A stretch of 64,000 nt of DNA from Vicugna vicugna (lineage: Eukaryota), in the NCBI GenBank assembly GCA_013265495.1, contig MU058009.1, forward strand, positions 3,553,780-3,617,779, written 5' to 3'. This document shows positions 48,905-62,859 of this stretch, in pieces. The position numbers and the translations under genes are program-made. The notes beneath the pieces were generated by a model. The model was not told where the DNA came from and ran no database searches. It worked only from the letters and a program-made list of their open reading frames with translations. How positions within the stretch are numbered: the first letter of the stretch is position 1; every line of letters begins with the position of its first letter.

Positions 48905-51900
48905 TTTGGGACAGATCACGAATCGGGAAAATTTCCTTCTTCAGCCTTTTCCTCCTCCCATCTCTACACTCAGAGTCAGACACTTACTTCATTGCTGTTC
49001 TTAATTCCCAAATCCCTTTCCCTGTTGGTGAGAGAAGCTGGGGGAGAGAGGAATGAAAGGGCGTGAAACGATAAAGGAGGCAGCCTTCCCTCTCATCCTT
49101 TTTTACCATCATTATTTCATTTGCACACATCATAGAAACTGCTGAGTAAGAGGCCAAGGAAACCTTTGCAGTATCACATGGCAGCCTCCCCTCCCTCCCT
49201 CCTCCCACCCAGCAAGCCCCCTCCATGTCTGCCGGTGAACCCGCCGGGCTGGCGAGTAGACTGCGTGGCCCCAGCTGGACTTCACCAGCAGAACCAAGCC
49301 CACATTTGTCAGACTCAGCTTCCACTGTGTCGGGGGCAGGAGTGGGGAGCCCATCGCAGCAGGCAAAGTGCCACCAGTTTCACCATAAGATCTTCCAAGT
49401 GAACTTGAACCTCAGATAGGACTTGATTTGAAAATCCAAGCGGACAGGCCTCTTGTCTTGTTTTTGCTGTACTGTCCTATTTAACCGAGCTGAAATTAGG
49501 GGGTGAATTGGGAGATTGGGAGGAAGTGTTGGCAGAGAGATGCAAAAAAAGGAGGACAAAAAAAAATATTTTCTCACTCTATCCCTTGTGTATTTCCTTT
49601 GTGGGAAAGAGAGGACTGAGAGCCAGTGGGCCTGTTTTTCTAGTCTCCATTCTATTTCAATATGACTGTGTGACCTTGAGTTGGTCACAAAATCCTTCTT
49701 ATTCTCAGTCTTCTGTGTGAACTGAGGATACGTGTGAAATTGGGCAACCTCAAGCTTGAGGACTAATAAGTTATCATTTTTCCCAGGATCTGCTAAACAT
49801 TTCCCCGGCTCTCCTCTACTGAACGGGCTTAAGCCCACTGCTGCCCCCGCAAAATGATGACAGGCAGAGTGTGCACTGACCAAGCCCCCTGCCTCTCCTG
49901 TAGGACTGTGCATGGACACGACGGAGGAGAGAGGACACCTTCTACGGCGGTGACAGCCGAGCTTACCCAGACTGTGGCTCAGGGCCGACTTCAGCAAAAT
50001 CGGGTTTTGGGCTAGGGGTCCCTGTGATCTGATCCGTGCAGCGTAGCCTTGATGGGGAGGACTTTCCTAGCCCCACGAAGAGCTGGTTTTGTTAGACATT
50101 AAGGAACTTGCCCTTTGATCTCTATGGGAGCCAGAGAGACAAGCTCATTGGTTTAGAGGGAATTTGAAAGCAGTACGCGGCCCTCCGCAGGCAGGTTAAG
50201 AGCTGAATCACTGAGGGGGGCACGTGTCCTGCTGTCGGGGGCTCTGTGCTGGGGAGGGGAGCAGGTGCGTTTCTGCTCGCTGGGTGTCTGGATGGGCAGA
50301 GGCTGGTGCACTGAGTCCCTGCCAGCTGTCGCAGGCTGTGCCCATTGGCACGTACGCATCTCTGGGGCGGACCTGAGGTGCAGAAACAGGCGCCACACCC
50401 AGCTGTGTGACTGATGGGCCGATCCCTGCAGAGGGCAGTGTGTGGGCAAGGTGCTTGGAAACCCCCTACCCGCAAGGCCCCAAGTTCCCGTCCACGCAGG
50501 ACCAGGTCCGCACTTCATCCCTCGGCTTGTCCTGCAGCTGTCTCCCTGTAGGGAAAGGTCCAGCGGTTACTTCTGTCCTGGGTGTGGGGTTGCTCTGAAA
50601 ACTTCAGCTCTTCAGAGAATTCACGGGAAGGAGCAGAGCTGCTCTTCCAGGCTGTTTGTTTTTATTTAGAAGGAAAATGTCACGTTCATTATCTCATTCA
50701 GTTCCGTTTGGAAACTGAAACAAAGGTTGTAAAAGTTACTGAGACAGGGACAGAATCAGGGAGTCTAGGGCAATCATAGGTTTTCAAAATCGATTGAGAC
50801 CACCCTCTTCCTAAAGGAAGACGGCCCATCCTCCCCAGAAGGAGTCGGACCGCAGCTTCCCTTCCCTGACCCACAGCATATACAGTTGGGAAGTTGTGTC
50901 TGTGTCTCACCCGGAACTCCCCTTTGGCGCTGCGAGTCTTTTGGAAAATGAACAGTCCGTGGTGGAAGACGTCCTGAGCTTTTGGCAGTCTCCCGGAAGG
51001 CCTGGTAACAGGTTTCATTTGCTCTTTTAATGGGATTTTCTGTGAGTTACTGGCACTCAGAAGGGCTCAGACGACTGGCTGAACGGGAGGCGTCCTAAGA
51101 TCAGAGAATTTCAGAGCTGGAAGGACCACTTGCACTTGCCTAAGAGACAGAAATGGTTTTGTCTGAGGTCCAGCCGGGAGGTGGCGAGGCAGGGGTGATT
51201 TTATCCGGTCCTCTTTGCCACGAGGCTAGACTGATGGAGACCTTTAAATGTCAACAAAGCAATTTTGAATGGGATTCAGAGCCCACAGGGAAGCTAGGGT
51301 CAGAGCAGTGAAGTTAGAGGAATTATAGGAACCAAGGGCCTGTAGAACCCGTGGAAAGATCTCCAGCACGCCAGAGAAGGGCCCACCTGAAGCAGGCGGC
51401 GCAGGCTAGGAGCTGCGTGCACAGAGCACGAGGTCACAGCATAGGCCAGACGCCACCGAAAGATCCCAAACGGCCTTTGTTTCCCATCTCCCAGGCTCCA
51501 GGGAAGACAGGGCTTTGAGTGGATCAGGGCAGGTAGGGAAGGAACAGATACCCGGTCTGCACTCGGCCAGGGCGGCCAGTGCAGCAGAGTGAGCGAGGAG
51601 GGGTGAGGCTGGAACAGGGGTGAGGCGGGCCCCCAAAGCCTGCTGTCCACGCACAGACCAGACGTGATTACGGTCCCGTTGGTCTGCTGTGCGAGGCCAG
51701 CTGCTCGCACCCTGGCAGGGTCCCTGTGTGTGGGGGCGATGAGGGAGGAGCGGGGAGATCGACACAGAGGTTTTCCTGGTTAGCGTGTCGATTCTCTACT
51801 GAAACTCAAGAAAGCAAAATAAATGGCCAAGGCTTTGTCTGCCTGCCTGCTGATCTCTGTGTGTCTTGTGTGCACTGACATACGGACGGAGTTTCAGACT

Positions 51901-52049
51901 GAGGAGGCTCGGGGCCCCACCCTTGTCTCCCTCGTATTGAAATAAGGGTCTCATTGCCAAGTGGACAGAAGCCATCCCCAAGGCGTGCGCTTATGAGACC
52001 GGGACGCAGGTCAGGGCGAGTTGAGCTTCTCCTCTGGGTTAGCTTTCAT

Positions 52050-52830
52050 GCATCCATCATCTTTCCATTCATCCACCAGCCATTTATTCATCCATCCGCC
52101 TATCCGACAGATGGCCCGGCTGCTCAGTGCACATGGATGAAAAAGACAGACCCGGGCCTGCTCCTTCCATTAGCTCGTAGCTCTGTGGGGAGGTCATCGG
52201 TCCCAGAAAGAGCAGCTACGCTGCAGGTAAATGATTTGTCTGATTTTATTACATACACATGAGAGGGTCTGGTAGTATATGCAAGTAAGTAGGACGTTGC
52301 CCCGTGAAGTAAGTGATGTGGACCCTGGGACCACACGCAGAGTGACACGAGGGATGGCAGGGGTGCATTCCCGGAGAGAGCGCCGTCTGAGGTGGGAAGC
52401 CCTTGGAGGAGTGATGTGTAAGCTGAGACATGAAGGATGAGGAGAGACCATGGTGGAAGGAGGCAGAAGAGTGTTTCAGGCAGAGGGAGGAGCTCATGAG
52501 GAGGCTGTGAAGGGGGAAGAGCCCAGGGCGCTTCAAGGGGCCAAAGGAGGCAACTGTGGCTGGACTGGGCAGGTGACACTGCGGAAGTGGAACCCAGTGA
52601 GAAGGAGGGAGACAGAAGCCAGATATGCAGGGGTCTGAAGGCCATGAAAAGCTGGTTTTGATTTTAAGTGCAATGACAAGACGTTGGAGGGAGGGACAGG
52701 CAAGGAAAGGGTTCTTTTAGCTGCTGTGTGTAGATGAAATTGGAGGAGGGCAGCAGCAGACGCTGGGGGGCCGTCACAGCCTGAGCGAGAGATGCTCAGG
52801 CTTGAACAAGAGAGGATGTGGGTCAGGGCT
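52050..52830 (-). mobile_element. L2 fragment
   Basis: ttcatccaccagccatttatt...ggaggagtgatgtgtaagctgagacatgaaggatga...gtgtttcaggcagaggg...ttttaagtgcaatg. Confidence 0.75.
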
Positions 52831-53016
52831 GGAGGCCCATCCTCCTTGGAGATGTGAGGCTGAGCCCTCCTGGTCCAGGAATCTCACAGGAAGTTTCTAT
52901 CATGCGAGTCTCCATCAGCCTCTCCCTCCCTTCGGTTGTTGAGGGCAGGTGATCAGCGCCGGTACTGTGTCCTGTTCTCGCTTAACAGCTGCTCAGTGGA
53001 ACTTTGCAAATGACAG

Positions 53017-53492
53017 TGCAGGAGGCTGCATGACAGCCCCCAAGACGTCCACGCCCTCATCCCTGGAAACGGTGACTGTTACCTTACATGGCAGGAGGGA
53101 GCCTGCTGATGTGATTAGGTTAAGGATTACGAGATGGGGAGCTAATCCTGGATCACTCGGGCCTGGTGGACTCACGACTGTCCTTACAAGAGGGAGGCGA
53201 GGAGGTCAAAGGTGGGAGCAGGAGCTATGACAGTGGGAGCGAGAGGCTGGAGGGATGCAGAGGGGGGCCACAAGCCAAGGCACACGGGTGGCCTCTAGAA
53301 GCTGAAAAAAGCATAGAAATGGGTTCTCCTCTGAAGCCCCCAGAAAGGACCAGCCCTGATGACGCCCTGCCTTCAGCTTCGTGAGCCCTGTGTTGGGTGT
53401 CTGACCCACAGGACTAGAAGATAATACAGTTATGGGGTTAAGCCGTGATGCTTGTGGTCATCTGTCACAGCAGCAGTGAGAGACCAAGAGAG
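53017..53492 (+). mobile_element. MLT1D-like ERVL-MaLR solo LTR
   Basis: gacgtccacgccctcatccctggaa...gttaccttacatggc...gatgtgattaggttaagga...cctctagaagctg...cagaaagga...tgtcacagcagca. Confidence 0.9.
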
Positions 53493-55419
53493 AAGGTAGC
53501 AGTGATGACACTGCGTAGGCTCAAGGCCCACTTAATGTGCACCCCGCCACCCCCCCAGTTCCCCTGCTTCAGACCCGCTGGCCTGAGGCCAGCCTCCCAT
53601 TATGATGCACACAGAGTTTACTTCCCTTAGGGAGCAGCCAACTGGGGACACTCAAGCCTTGAGCTTCTGGAACTGGACAGGCTACAGAAGCTCAAACCAG
53701 AAAGCCAAGCAAAGAATGTATTTCTTTCTCTGTTTCATAGAAGTCGGTTTCAGTAATAGAGCAGCCAGCGGCCGGGATGGTGGCTTGCTGGAGCTCGCGA
53801 GCGCTGGCTGGCCCACGCCTGTTCTAGCCGTGAGTGGAAGTGTTCTCTCTTCAGCCCCACCGGGCTCTGGCCCGGCCGCTGTCTCTTGCGCCCTCATTCC
53901 TACCTTCATTCTCTCTCTGTTTGGAGCCAGTGGAGTGTGTCTGCCCCTCCGACTCCAGGGCAGAGCACACTGCTCCCTGTGGGGTGTGGCAGGGACCTGA
54001 AGCTTGAAGAAGACTCCAGCAGGGGGCAAAATACCAACTTCTCAACTGAGAAACCGAGCAGTTGCCCTGAGAGCAGCTTTCACACCTACCGGCTTCCCCA
54101 CTGGTTTCCATCATGCAGGTCCGTCTGCACCGGCCCCTCAAGTTCAGAGGCGTGGCTGTCCTGCAAGTGTCCCGTGCTGGCTGACCACAGGCCGCTGGCT
54201 AGTCATTTTCTCTGTGAAGGCGACAGGGCCACAGTGGAGGTGGGGACAAAGGCGTCTGAGAAGGACGCAGGCCCTTCCCCGGCCGGGCTGGGGGCTGCAG
54301 GCGGGTCGTCCTGCTCGGAGGGAAGAGGAGGGACTGGACGGTGCTGACAGCTCTGGATCCTCTGACCTCTTCCCCACACAGACTCCTTCTTTGGAACCAA
54401 GACTAGTGATCTGGTGACCCTCCAGACAGGCCTCCCGGAACAGGGGCTAAATTAGGGCTCGTTTATGGGAAGTGACTGCATATGCAGTTTCAGGCGACTT
54501 CCCCAAGGGCTCAAGACAAAGATGACAGGGGTGACATGGGTCAAGATGTGGACCCTTTCTTTCCCAGAACTGTTGTCTGTCCTGCCTGGTGGAGGCTTCC
54601 CACGCTCTACCTCGAATCTGAACAAAGCGCTTGCTGACTAACCTACGTATCTGTAGTAAGTGCGCGGCCGCTTAGCCTGGGGGAGACGCGCATTGGCATT
54701 GTGAGTATTTGGGGTTAGCTGTGTTTTCCTCTTGTGAAGCCACACGAGGATTCCCCGTTTCCTCTGAACTTTGGTCTGGTGAATGCCTTGCTAATAAGGG
54801 TTGCTCCTGTGAGTGCATTTCACTTCCATCGTTACTGAGGGACTTAACTGCTCTCTGGAGATGTTGCTGTTCCTGGGTCCGGCAGGCAGGCAGCGGTCAG
54901 GACCGTGAGCTGGAGCCTCCGTGGCTCAGCTGACCCAGAGAGGTCTCGCGTTCCGCTCCGAGCGCCGCAGTCTGGCCACGGTGTGGGGCCCCTGGTGGAA
55001 GTGTCCTGCTTTTTCCTGATGGAGGGAGGAGAGAGCTCGGGTTGTCTTGGTTGAGCAGCACTTAGGATTCTGACTGGCTGTTCAGAAGGTTAGCGGTGAC
55101 ATCTGATGGCAGTCATAGCTGAATGTTTCTTACCAAATATTTCAGAAATTGCTGTGTGCCCTGTTCTGATCTGCTGCCTCCCTTCTGCCAGATTCTCCCT
55201 CTAGACACCTCTCCCTGCGTCTGCATGTCTGTCTCCTCCCCACAGGGCTTTCCACCTGCGTCCCCTTGCCCTGTCCAATCTGGCTGAGGAAGGTGCCAAC
55301 TATCTGTTCTGCTGGCCACGTCCACTGCCTCCTTCCCTTCCAGTGAGCCTTCCCATGGCCCGTCCTGTCCCTCTGGACCAGTTCAGGTTTCTGGCCGTGA
55401 ACTTGTGCCAACAGTGACC

Positions 55420-55780
55420 CTTCAGAATTGACACTCCAGTTTAGGGCCTCCAGCTTTCCAGGCTGTAGCCTCCAGGCCAGGGAGAGTCTGAGAGATGGTG
55501 AAAGATACAGCCCATCTGTATTTTTTTTAAATAGCCCCAGAGTCCCGAGGAGGTAACATGGGGGCCCAGAAGGATGCTGTATACACAGGGTACCTATGCG
55601 GCACCAAGGAAGCCTGAATTTTGGAAATCTACAACTTTGATTACAAGAAGTTTGGTGAGCCTGCTCATTGTCTATGCAGATCTGTTATCTCATCTTTCAA
55701 GATTACCAGCTGCATAAACAACCCTGCGGAAAAAATTCTGCTAAAAAATTGATTAGGGTCTTATATTCAATTTTCTCTTC
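55420..55780. mobile_element. Possible old ERVL-type LTR fragment, family uncertain
   Basis: tctgttatctcatctttcaagatt...aaacaaccctg...gggtctt is reminiscent of ERVL LTRs; weak recall match. Confidence 0.35.
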
Positions 55781-55974
55781 TTAAAAAAGTGTTCATAACT
55801 TTCTGGTAGAATTTGTGTATTTATTCAGCTCATAGTTAATTTTTTTTGTCATTCCTTGCTAGAATATAAACTCCACAAGGACCCAGATCTTTGTCTTTTT
55901 TTGTCACCATTATACCCGGAACACCTAAGACAGTGTCTGGATCCAAAAAGTGACTCTTGTTCAAGTACAAGATT

Positions 55975-56570
55975 TTTGTTTGTTTGTTTGTTTCCTTTAG
56001 TTGAAATATAGTCAGTGACAATGTGTCAATTTCTGGTGTACAGCATAATGTCCCAGTCATGCATATACATACGTATATTCGTTTTCATATTCTTTTTCAT
56101 TAAAGGCTATTACAAGATATTTACAACAATATAGTTCCCTGTGCTATTCAGAACAAATTAGTTTTTTATCTATTTTGATATATAGTGGCTAACATTTGCA
56201 AATCTCAAACTCCCAAATTTATCCCTTCTCATTCCATTTCCCCTGGCAACCATACAATTGTTTACTATGTCTGAGAGTCTGTTTCTGCTTTTAGATGAGT
56301 TTGTTAGTGTCTTCTTTTTTCTTTTCTTTTCTTTTTTTTTAGATTCCACATATGAATGATATCATATGGTATTTTTGTTTCTCTTTCTGGCTTACTTCAC
56401 TTAGAATGACAATCTCCAGGTCCATCCATGTTGCTGCAAATGGCATTATTTTATTCCTTTTATCGCTGAGTAGTATTCCATTGCGTAAATATACCACAAC
56501 TTCTTTATCCAGTCATCTATCAATGGACATTTAGGTTGTTTCATGTCTTGGCTATTGTATGTAGTGCTGT
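55975..56570 (-). mobile_element. L1 3' end (relatively young, artiodactyl type)
   Basis: Track ORF 56446-56643 contains KQPKCPLIDDWIKKLWYIYAMEYYSAIK; the 3' UTR ends in a (TTTG)n tail. Confidence 0.92.
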
Positions 56571-56574
56571 TTCT

Positions 56575-56835
56575 GGTACAATGTAGTTTTGATGTACTTT
56601 TAAAATTTAATGGTGTCAAATTTACTATTTTTTTCTTAAACATTTTGTGCCATTTGTGTATTAAAAAAAAATCCTGCTTTAATCAAGAGCATAATTAAAT
56701 GCTCATGATTTCCTCTTAAAAGTGTGAAAGTTTTGCTTTTTGACTTGTAAGGTTTTAAATTACTGGAATTAATTTTTGTGCATATGAAAACTGAATTTTA
56801 TTTTTTAATTTGGATATCAACATACAACAAAACCA
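56575..56835 (-). mobile_element. Old L1M ORF2 fragment
   Basis: ttttaaaatttaatggtgtcaaattta...aagttttgctttt...ctggaattaatttttgtgcatatg. Confidence 0.6.
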
Positions 56836-56931
56836 TTTATCAAGTATGTATACATGTATACACCCATTCACCTACATCTATATTTATTTCTATAAGTAAC
56901 TGTAGCTATTAGGGCCTTTCTTATTATTCAA

Positions 56932-57035
56932 TTTTTTTTAATTGAAGTACAGTCAGTTACAGTGTGTCAGTTTCTGGTGTCCAGCACAATGTCCCAGTCA
57001 TGCGTATACACACATATATTTGTTTTCATATTCTA
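56932..57035 (-). mobile_element. Short L1 3' terminus
   Basis: ttttttaattgaagtacagtcag...tttctggtgtccagcacaatgtcccagtcatg, very similar to 56000-56092. Confidence 0.85.
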
Positions 57036-57069
57036 TCAATTTCTTTAAACAAACAAAAAACCCAAAAAT

Positions 57070-59812
57070 AATTTGCTGATTTCTCTCACCTCCCCACCCC
57101 TGCCTCTCACAACGACCAATCTGTTCTTTACACCCAATGAGCTTGTTTATATCTCTCTCTCTTTATATATATATTAAAGTATATATTTTAAATATAGTAT
57201 ATATATTTAACACATTTAATATATAATATAAATATATATATATTTAGATTCCACATATAAGAGAGATTATACAGTATTTGTCTTTTTCTGTCTGACATTT
57301 CACTTAACACAATGCTCTCATGATCCATCCATATTGCCACAAATGGCAAGAATCCATTCTTTTTTATGACTGAGTAATATTCCACTGTATTTATAAACCA
57401 CATCTTCTTTATCCATTCATCCATCAATGGACAGTATGGTTGTTCCCATATCTTGACTATTGCAAATAATTTTATAGTGAAAATGGAGGTACATATACCC
57501 TTTTGAATTAGTGTTTTTGTCTTCTTCTGATAAATACCCAGACATGGAGTTGCTAGATCATACAGTAAGTCGATTTTTAATTTTGGGGAGAAACTCCATA
57601 CTATCTTCCATAGTGGCTGCACCAATTACACATTCCCACCTTTAGAGCATGAGGGTTGCCTTTTCTCCACATCCTTGCCAACACTCGTCATTTCTAGTCT
57701 TTTTGATAATAGCCATTCTGACAGGTGTGGAATGATATCTCATTGTGGTTTTGATTTGCATTTCTGTGATGATTAGTGATGCAGAGCATTTTTTCTTCTT
57801 CCTGTATGTCTTCCTTGGGAAAATGTCCATTCAGACCTTCTATTCATTTTTTAGTCAAATTGTTTGGTATTGAGTTGTAGAAGTTTTTTATATATGTTTT
57901 GAATATTGGTCTCTTATCAGAAATATGATTTGCAAATATCTTCTCCCATTCAGTAGGCTGCCTTTTCATTCCGTCAATGGTTTCCTTTGCTGTATAGAAA
58001 CATTTTTGTTTGAGGTAGTCCCACTTAAGTCCCACTTATTTTTACTTTTGTTGGTTTTTCTTTTGGTGTCAGATTCAAAAAGTCACTGCCAAGACCAATG
58101 TCAAGGGGCTTACCACCTGTATTTTCTTTTAGGAGTTTTATGGTTTCATGTCTTATGTTCAAGTCTTTAATCCACTTTGAGTCAATTTCTGTGTATGGTG
58201 TGAGACAGGGGTCCAGTCTCACTCTTCTGCGTGTGGCTGTCCTGTTGCCCAACATTATTTATTGAAGATACTGTCCTTTCTATATTGTGTATTTTTAGCT
58301 CCTTCACTGTAAATTAATTGTGTGTGTGTGAGTTTATTTCTGTGTTCCCTATCCTGTTCCAGTGATCTGTGTGTCTGTCTTTATGCCAACACCACCCTGT
58401 TTTAATCACCATAGTTTTATAATATAGTCTGAAACCAGGAAGAATGCCTCCAGTGTTGTTCTTCTTTCTCAAGATGGCTTTGGCTGTTTGGGCTCTTTTG
58501 TGGCTCCATGTAAATTTTAGGATTATATTAGTTCTGTGGAACATGTCATGGGTATTTTGATAAAGATTACATTAAATATGTAAACTGATCTGGACAGTAT
58601 GGATGTTTTAACAATATTAATTTTTTCAATTCATGAGCATGGAATATCTTTCCATTTATTCATGTCTTCTTCAGTTTCTTTCATTAATGTCTTGTAGCTT
58701 TCAATATGTATGTCTTTCACCTCCTTGGTTAAATTTATTTCTAGCTATTTTATTATTTTTGATGCAATTGTAAATGGGATTTCAAAAAAATTCTTATTCT
58801 GTGCTTTGTTAGTGTATTGAAATGCAGCAGGTTTTTGTATGTTGATTTTGCGCCCTGCAACTTTATTTTATTTGTTTATGATCGCTCACAGTTTTTGGTG
58901 GCATCTTTAGGGTTTTCTACATGTAATATCATGTTATCTGCAAATAGTGACAGTTTTATTTCTTTCTTTCCAATTTGGTTGCCTTGTATTTCTTTTTCCT
59001 GATTGCTCTGGCTAGGGCTTCCAAGACTACATTGAATGAAAGTGGCAAGAGTGGGCATTCTTGTCTGGTTCCGGATCTGAGAGGACAAATTTTCAGCTTT
59101 ACATGGTTGAGCAGGATGTTCACTGTGAGCCTGTCATGCAGACTTTATGCGTTGAGGTACATTCCCTCTATACCTGCTTTGTTGAGAGTTTTTATCATAA
59201 ATGAATGTTTAATTTTGTCAGCTACTTTTTTTGCTTCTGTTGAGATGATAATATGATTTTTATTCTTCATTTTGTTAATGTGTTGTATCGTGCTAATTGA
59301 TTTGCAGATGTTGAAACATCCTTGCATCCGAGAATAAATCCCACTTGATCGTGGTGTATGATCCTGTTCATGTATTATTGAATTCAGTTTGCTAATATTT
59401 TGCTGAAGAGTTTTGCGTTGATATTCATCAGGAATATTGCCTGTAATTTTCTTTAGTTGTAGTGTCCTTGTCTGTTGTATTAGGGTAATGCTGGCCTTGT
59501 AAAATGAGTCTGGAAGCGTTCCCTCCTCTTTAACTTTGGGAAAAGTTGGAAAGGTTCGGTATTAAATCTTCTCTGAATGTTTGGTGGAATTCACCAGTGG
59601 AGCCATCTGGTCCTGGACTTTTGTTGGTTGAGAGGTTTTGATTACTGATTCAGTTTCCTTACTAGTAATCAGTTTGTTCAGACTTTGTAATTCACCATAA
59701 TTCAGTCTTGGTAGGTTTCATATTTCCAGAAATTTATCCCTTTATTCCAGGTTATCCAATCTGTTAGCTCATAACTGTCCATAGTAGGCTCTTATGACCC
59801 TTTGTATTTCTG
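57070..59812 (-). mobile_element. Disrupted L1 ORF2 (RT to C-terminus) and partial 3' UTR
   Basis: Track fragments MQGCFNICKSI...[62 protein letters not shown] and VQPLWKIVW in different frames. Confidence 0.95.
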
Positions 59813-62800
59813 AGGGAAGGGCGACCCATTCAAGATGGTGATGTAGGAAGATCATGAACTCATCTCCTCCCCACAGACCCACCACAGACCCACTGAGTCT
59901 ACCACTACATATGGAAAAATTCCCTCTCAAAAAACCTATAGGCTGGCTGAGTGACTACTTCATATCAGGCAAACAAGAAGAAAACCACATCAAAGCACAA
60001 AGCACATAAATCTCGCCGGGCATAGCGTCACACAACCAGGTGGGAACGCACAACCCAGACCTTCTCCCTGAGTAGAGGGGGGTCTGAACCCCATGTCGGG
60101 CATCCCAGCTTTTAAGACATACCCTTGAGAGACGAGCCCCCAAAGGTCTAACTTTGAAACCCAGCAGGGCTTGTGTCCTGAGACCCACAAGACTCCAGGG
60201 CTCTGAGAAATTGCTCTTAAAGTGTTCATATGCTCAAACCCACCCACCCAGGGCCCAGCTCGGAGGAGGCAGCCAACTGTGCCATGACTTAAAGTGAAGG
60301 AGGCTCACACACGTATAATAAAGCTTCAGCCCGAGGGGCAGGCATCTAATTTAACATGAGCATCTAGGGTCCTGCTGGGACTCTCCAGGGATGGAGACCG
60401 GAGGGCCATCTTCGTGCTCTCCCTGTGCCACGGCCCAGAGCACCAGTGTGTCTTGGGTGGGAGCTTTCACACCAGTCCGGTGCCCCTGTTTTTGTGCTGC
60501 TGTCTGAGCCGCCCAAGGGACACCTCTTGTTCTCCTGGGTCTGGAGGCCAGGGGAGCATGTGTACGTGGCCCCACGGGACTGTAATCATTGATGTCACCT
60601 GAATGGGAGCCCATAAACCCCTTTCTGGTGCTCCAATTTTTGCGACCGCTCCTAGGGGTCACCTTTACATTGCCTGGGTCTGGTGGCCAGTGAGGCTTAC
60701 ACTCGTGGGTCCCACAGGGCTGCAACCAGTGGAGAAAGGATTCTTAAGTGGCAACCACCCCCAGGGCACAGCAAGAGGCAATAGACACAGGAGCCCAGTG
60801 TTTCTGTGAAGGGTCCTGCTCGCTAACCATCATGACAGTGGCCTGGCAGGCGGGCTTCTAATTCTAATCAAACATGTACCTTGGGGCTGACTGTAATCCT
60901 TTCCTGAGACCCCAGAGGGCAGGTGCTACCTTCACGTTCACCCTCTGCTGCGTCCAGGGTGCCAGTGTCTCCTGGAGGGGAGCTTTACATTTGTCTGGTG
61001 TCCTGGGTTTTGTGATTGCCACACAGGAGACACTCCTTGGTCACCTGGCTCTGGTGGCTGGAAGGACTTGCATTCCTGGTTTCCATGGGACTGTGGCAAC
61101 TGGGGATATTGTTCTCGGCAGTCTGGCATCCCCAGGGCACTCCACAGACAACAAAATGCGGCACCCCCTCCGTCTTTCTGCTGTGGGGGCCTCTGCATGT
61201 CCCGGAGCTTTGGCCTGAGGGCTGCGTCAGTGCCTGCAGAACTGCTCTTGGAACGCAGGCTGGGTGCCATAGGGGCTCTCCCCTCCACCTTGCTCCCACT
61301 CACTGGTTTCGCCCAAAAAAGGCTTATAAACTTGTCTGGAGGCCCAATCTCTGTAATGCTGCCCAGGGGACACCTTCAGATCAACTGGCTCTGGCGGACA
61401 GTGAGCTTACTCTTGTGGTCCCACAAGAATATATATATTTGGATCCTTTTAAAAGATGCTGCCTAAAGATCTGGCTTCCAAACAGCCTGAAATAAGTGCT
61501 GAGATCCTCCCCTGTAGGACACTGGCAGATCTTGGCACACTCTCAGCTATGGGGAGCTGTTCACAATGTGATTGACAGGCTCTTGGATAAGCACAAAGGT
61601 TTGAGCTGAGTGAGGGTGAATGACAGGGTTCATCTCCCACATGGGGCCACTTCGTCAAGACTGAGAGAGGTAGTTGCTTCATCTGCTGCATAGAAACCAA
61701 CACAGAGAGTCAAGCAATGCAAAGAAAAAGAGGAATATTTTCCAAATGAAAGCATAAGATAAAACCTCAGCAAAACAAGACACAACAACGAAAAAGCCCT
61801 TAATGAAATGGAGATGAGTAATTTACCTGATAAAGAGTTAAAAGTAGCTGTCATGAAGATGCTCACTGAACTGGGGCAAAGAATGGATAAACACAAAATG
61901 ACAAAGAGATGGAAAATATAAGAAAGTAACAAATAGAAGTCACAGAGCTGAAGAATACAATAACTGAGCTAAAAATACACTAGAGGGAGTCAACTGCAGA
62001 CTAGATCAAACAGAAGAAAAGATCAGTGAACTCAAAGACAAGGCAATGTAACTCACCCAACTGGAGCAGCAAAAAGAAAAAAAAATTATGGGGGAAAAAG
62101 TGACAGTAGCTTACAGGATTTATGGGGCAACATAAAACAGGCTGACATTTGCATTATAGGGCTCCCAGAGGGCGAGAGAAAGAAAGGGATGGAAGTCTTG
62201 TTTGAAGAAATAATGGCTCCCTAACGAGGGGGAGAAAACAGACATCCAGATCCAGGAAGCCCAGAGCGCTCCAAGTAAGAAGAACCCAGAGAGACCCACG
62301 CCAGGATACATAATTGAAATGTCAGAAGTTAAAAAGAGAATCTTGAAAGCAACAAAAGAACAACTTGTTACTTATAAAAGAGCCCCCATAGGACCAGGCA
62401 CAGATTTTGCAGCAGAAAAACTCTGCAGGCCAAAAGTGGTGCGACATCTTCAACGTGCTGAAAACAAAACTCTTCCAAGCAAGAGTACTCTGCCCTGCAC
62501 AGCTGTCCTTCAGAGCCGAAGGGGAGCTAGAGAGTTTCCCGGACCAGCAAACGCTAAAGAGGTCATCGCCGCTAAAGCGGCCTTGCAAGAAATGTTGCAG
62601 GGACTTCTTTACATTGAAAAGAAAGAGCCCTAATTAGTAACAAGAACACGTGAGAAGGAACAAATCACACTAGAAAGGGCGATACACAGCAAAGGCAGCA
62701 GAGCCATTACTTACCTATAACGTGCGTGTGGAGGTTGAGAGACAAAGGTAGTAAAAATAACTAGGACTCCAATAATTAGTGAAGGGATGCGCACGATAAA

Positions 62801-62850
62801 AGATGTACAATGTGACACCAAAAACATAAAGTGTGGGAGACAGAGAGGGA
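59813..62850 (+). mobile_element. L1 5' end: 5' UTR, disrupted ORF1 (about 61717-62633) and inter-ORF region
   Basis: YY1-like CAAGATGG at 59831-59838; ORF1 remnants LNEMEMSNLPDKE, IQIQEAQS, RPTPGYIIEM, KKRILKATKE and ALQEMLQGLL. Confidence 0.9.
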
Positions 62851-62859
62851 CAGCCCGTC

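Noticed and set aside
49380..49997. 205-aa minus-strand ORF
   Set aside because: Non-ATG start, no recognisable homology or exon structure
57070..62850. Active full-length L1
   Set aside because: Both ORFs have many stops and frameshifts, the endonuclease region is absent and the halves are in opposite orientations
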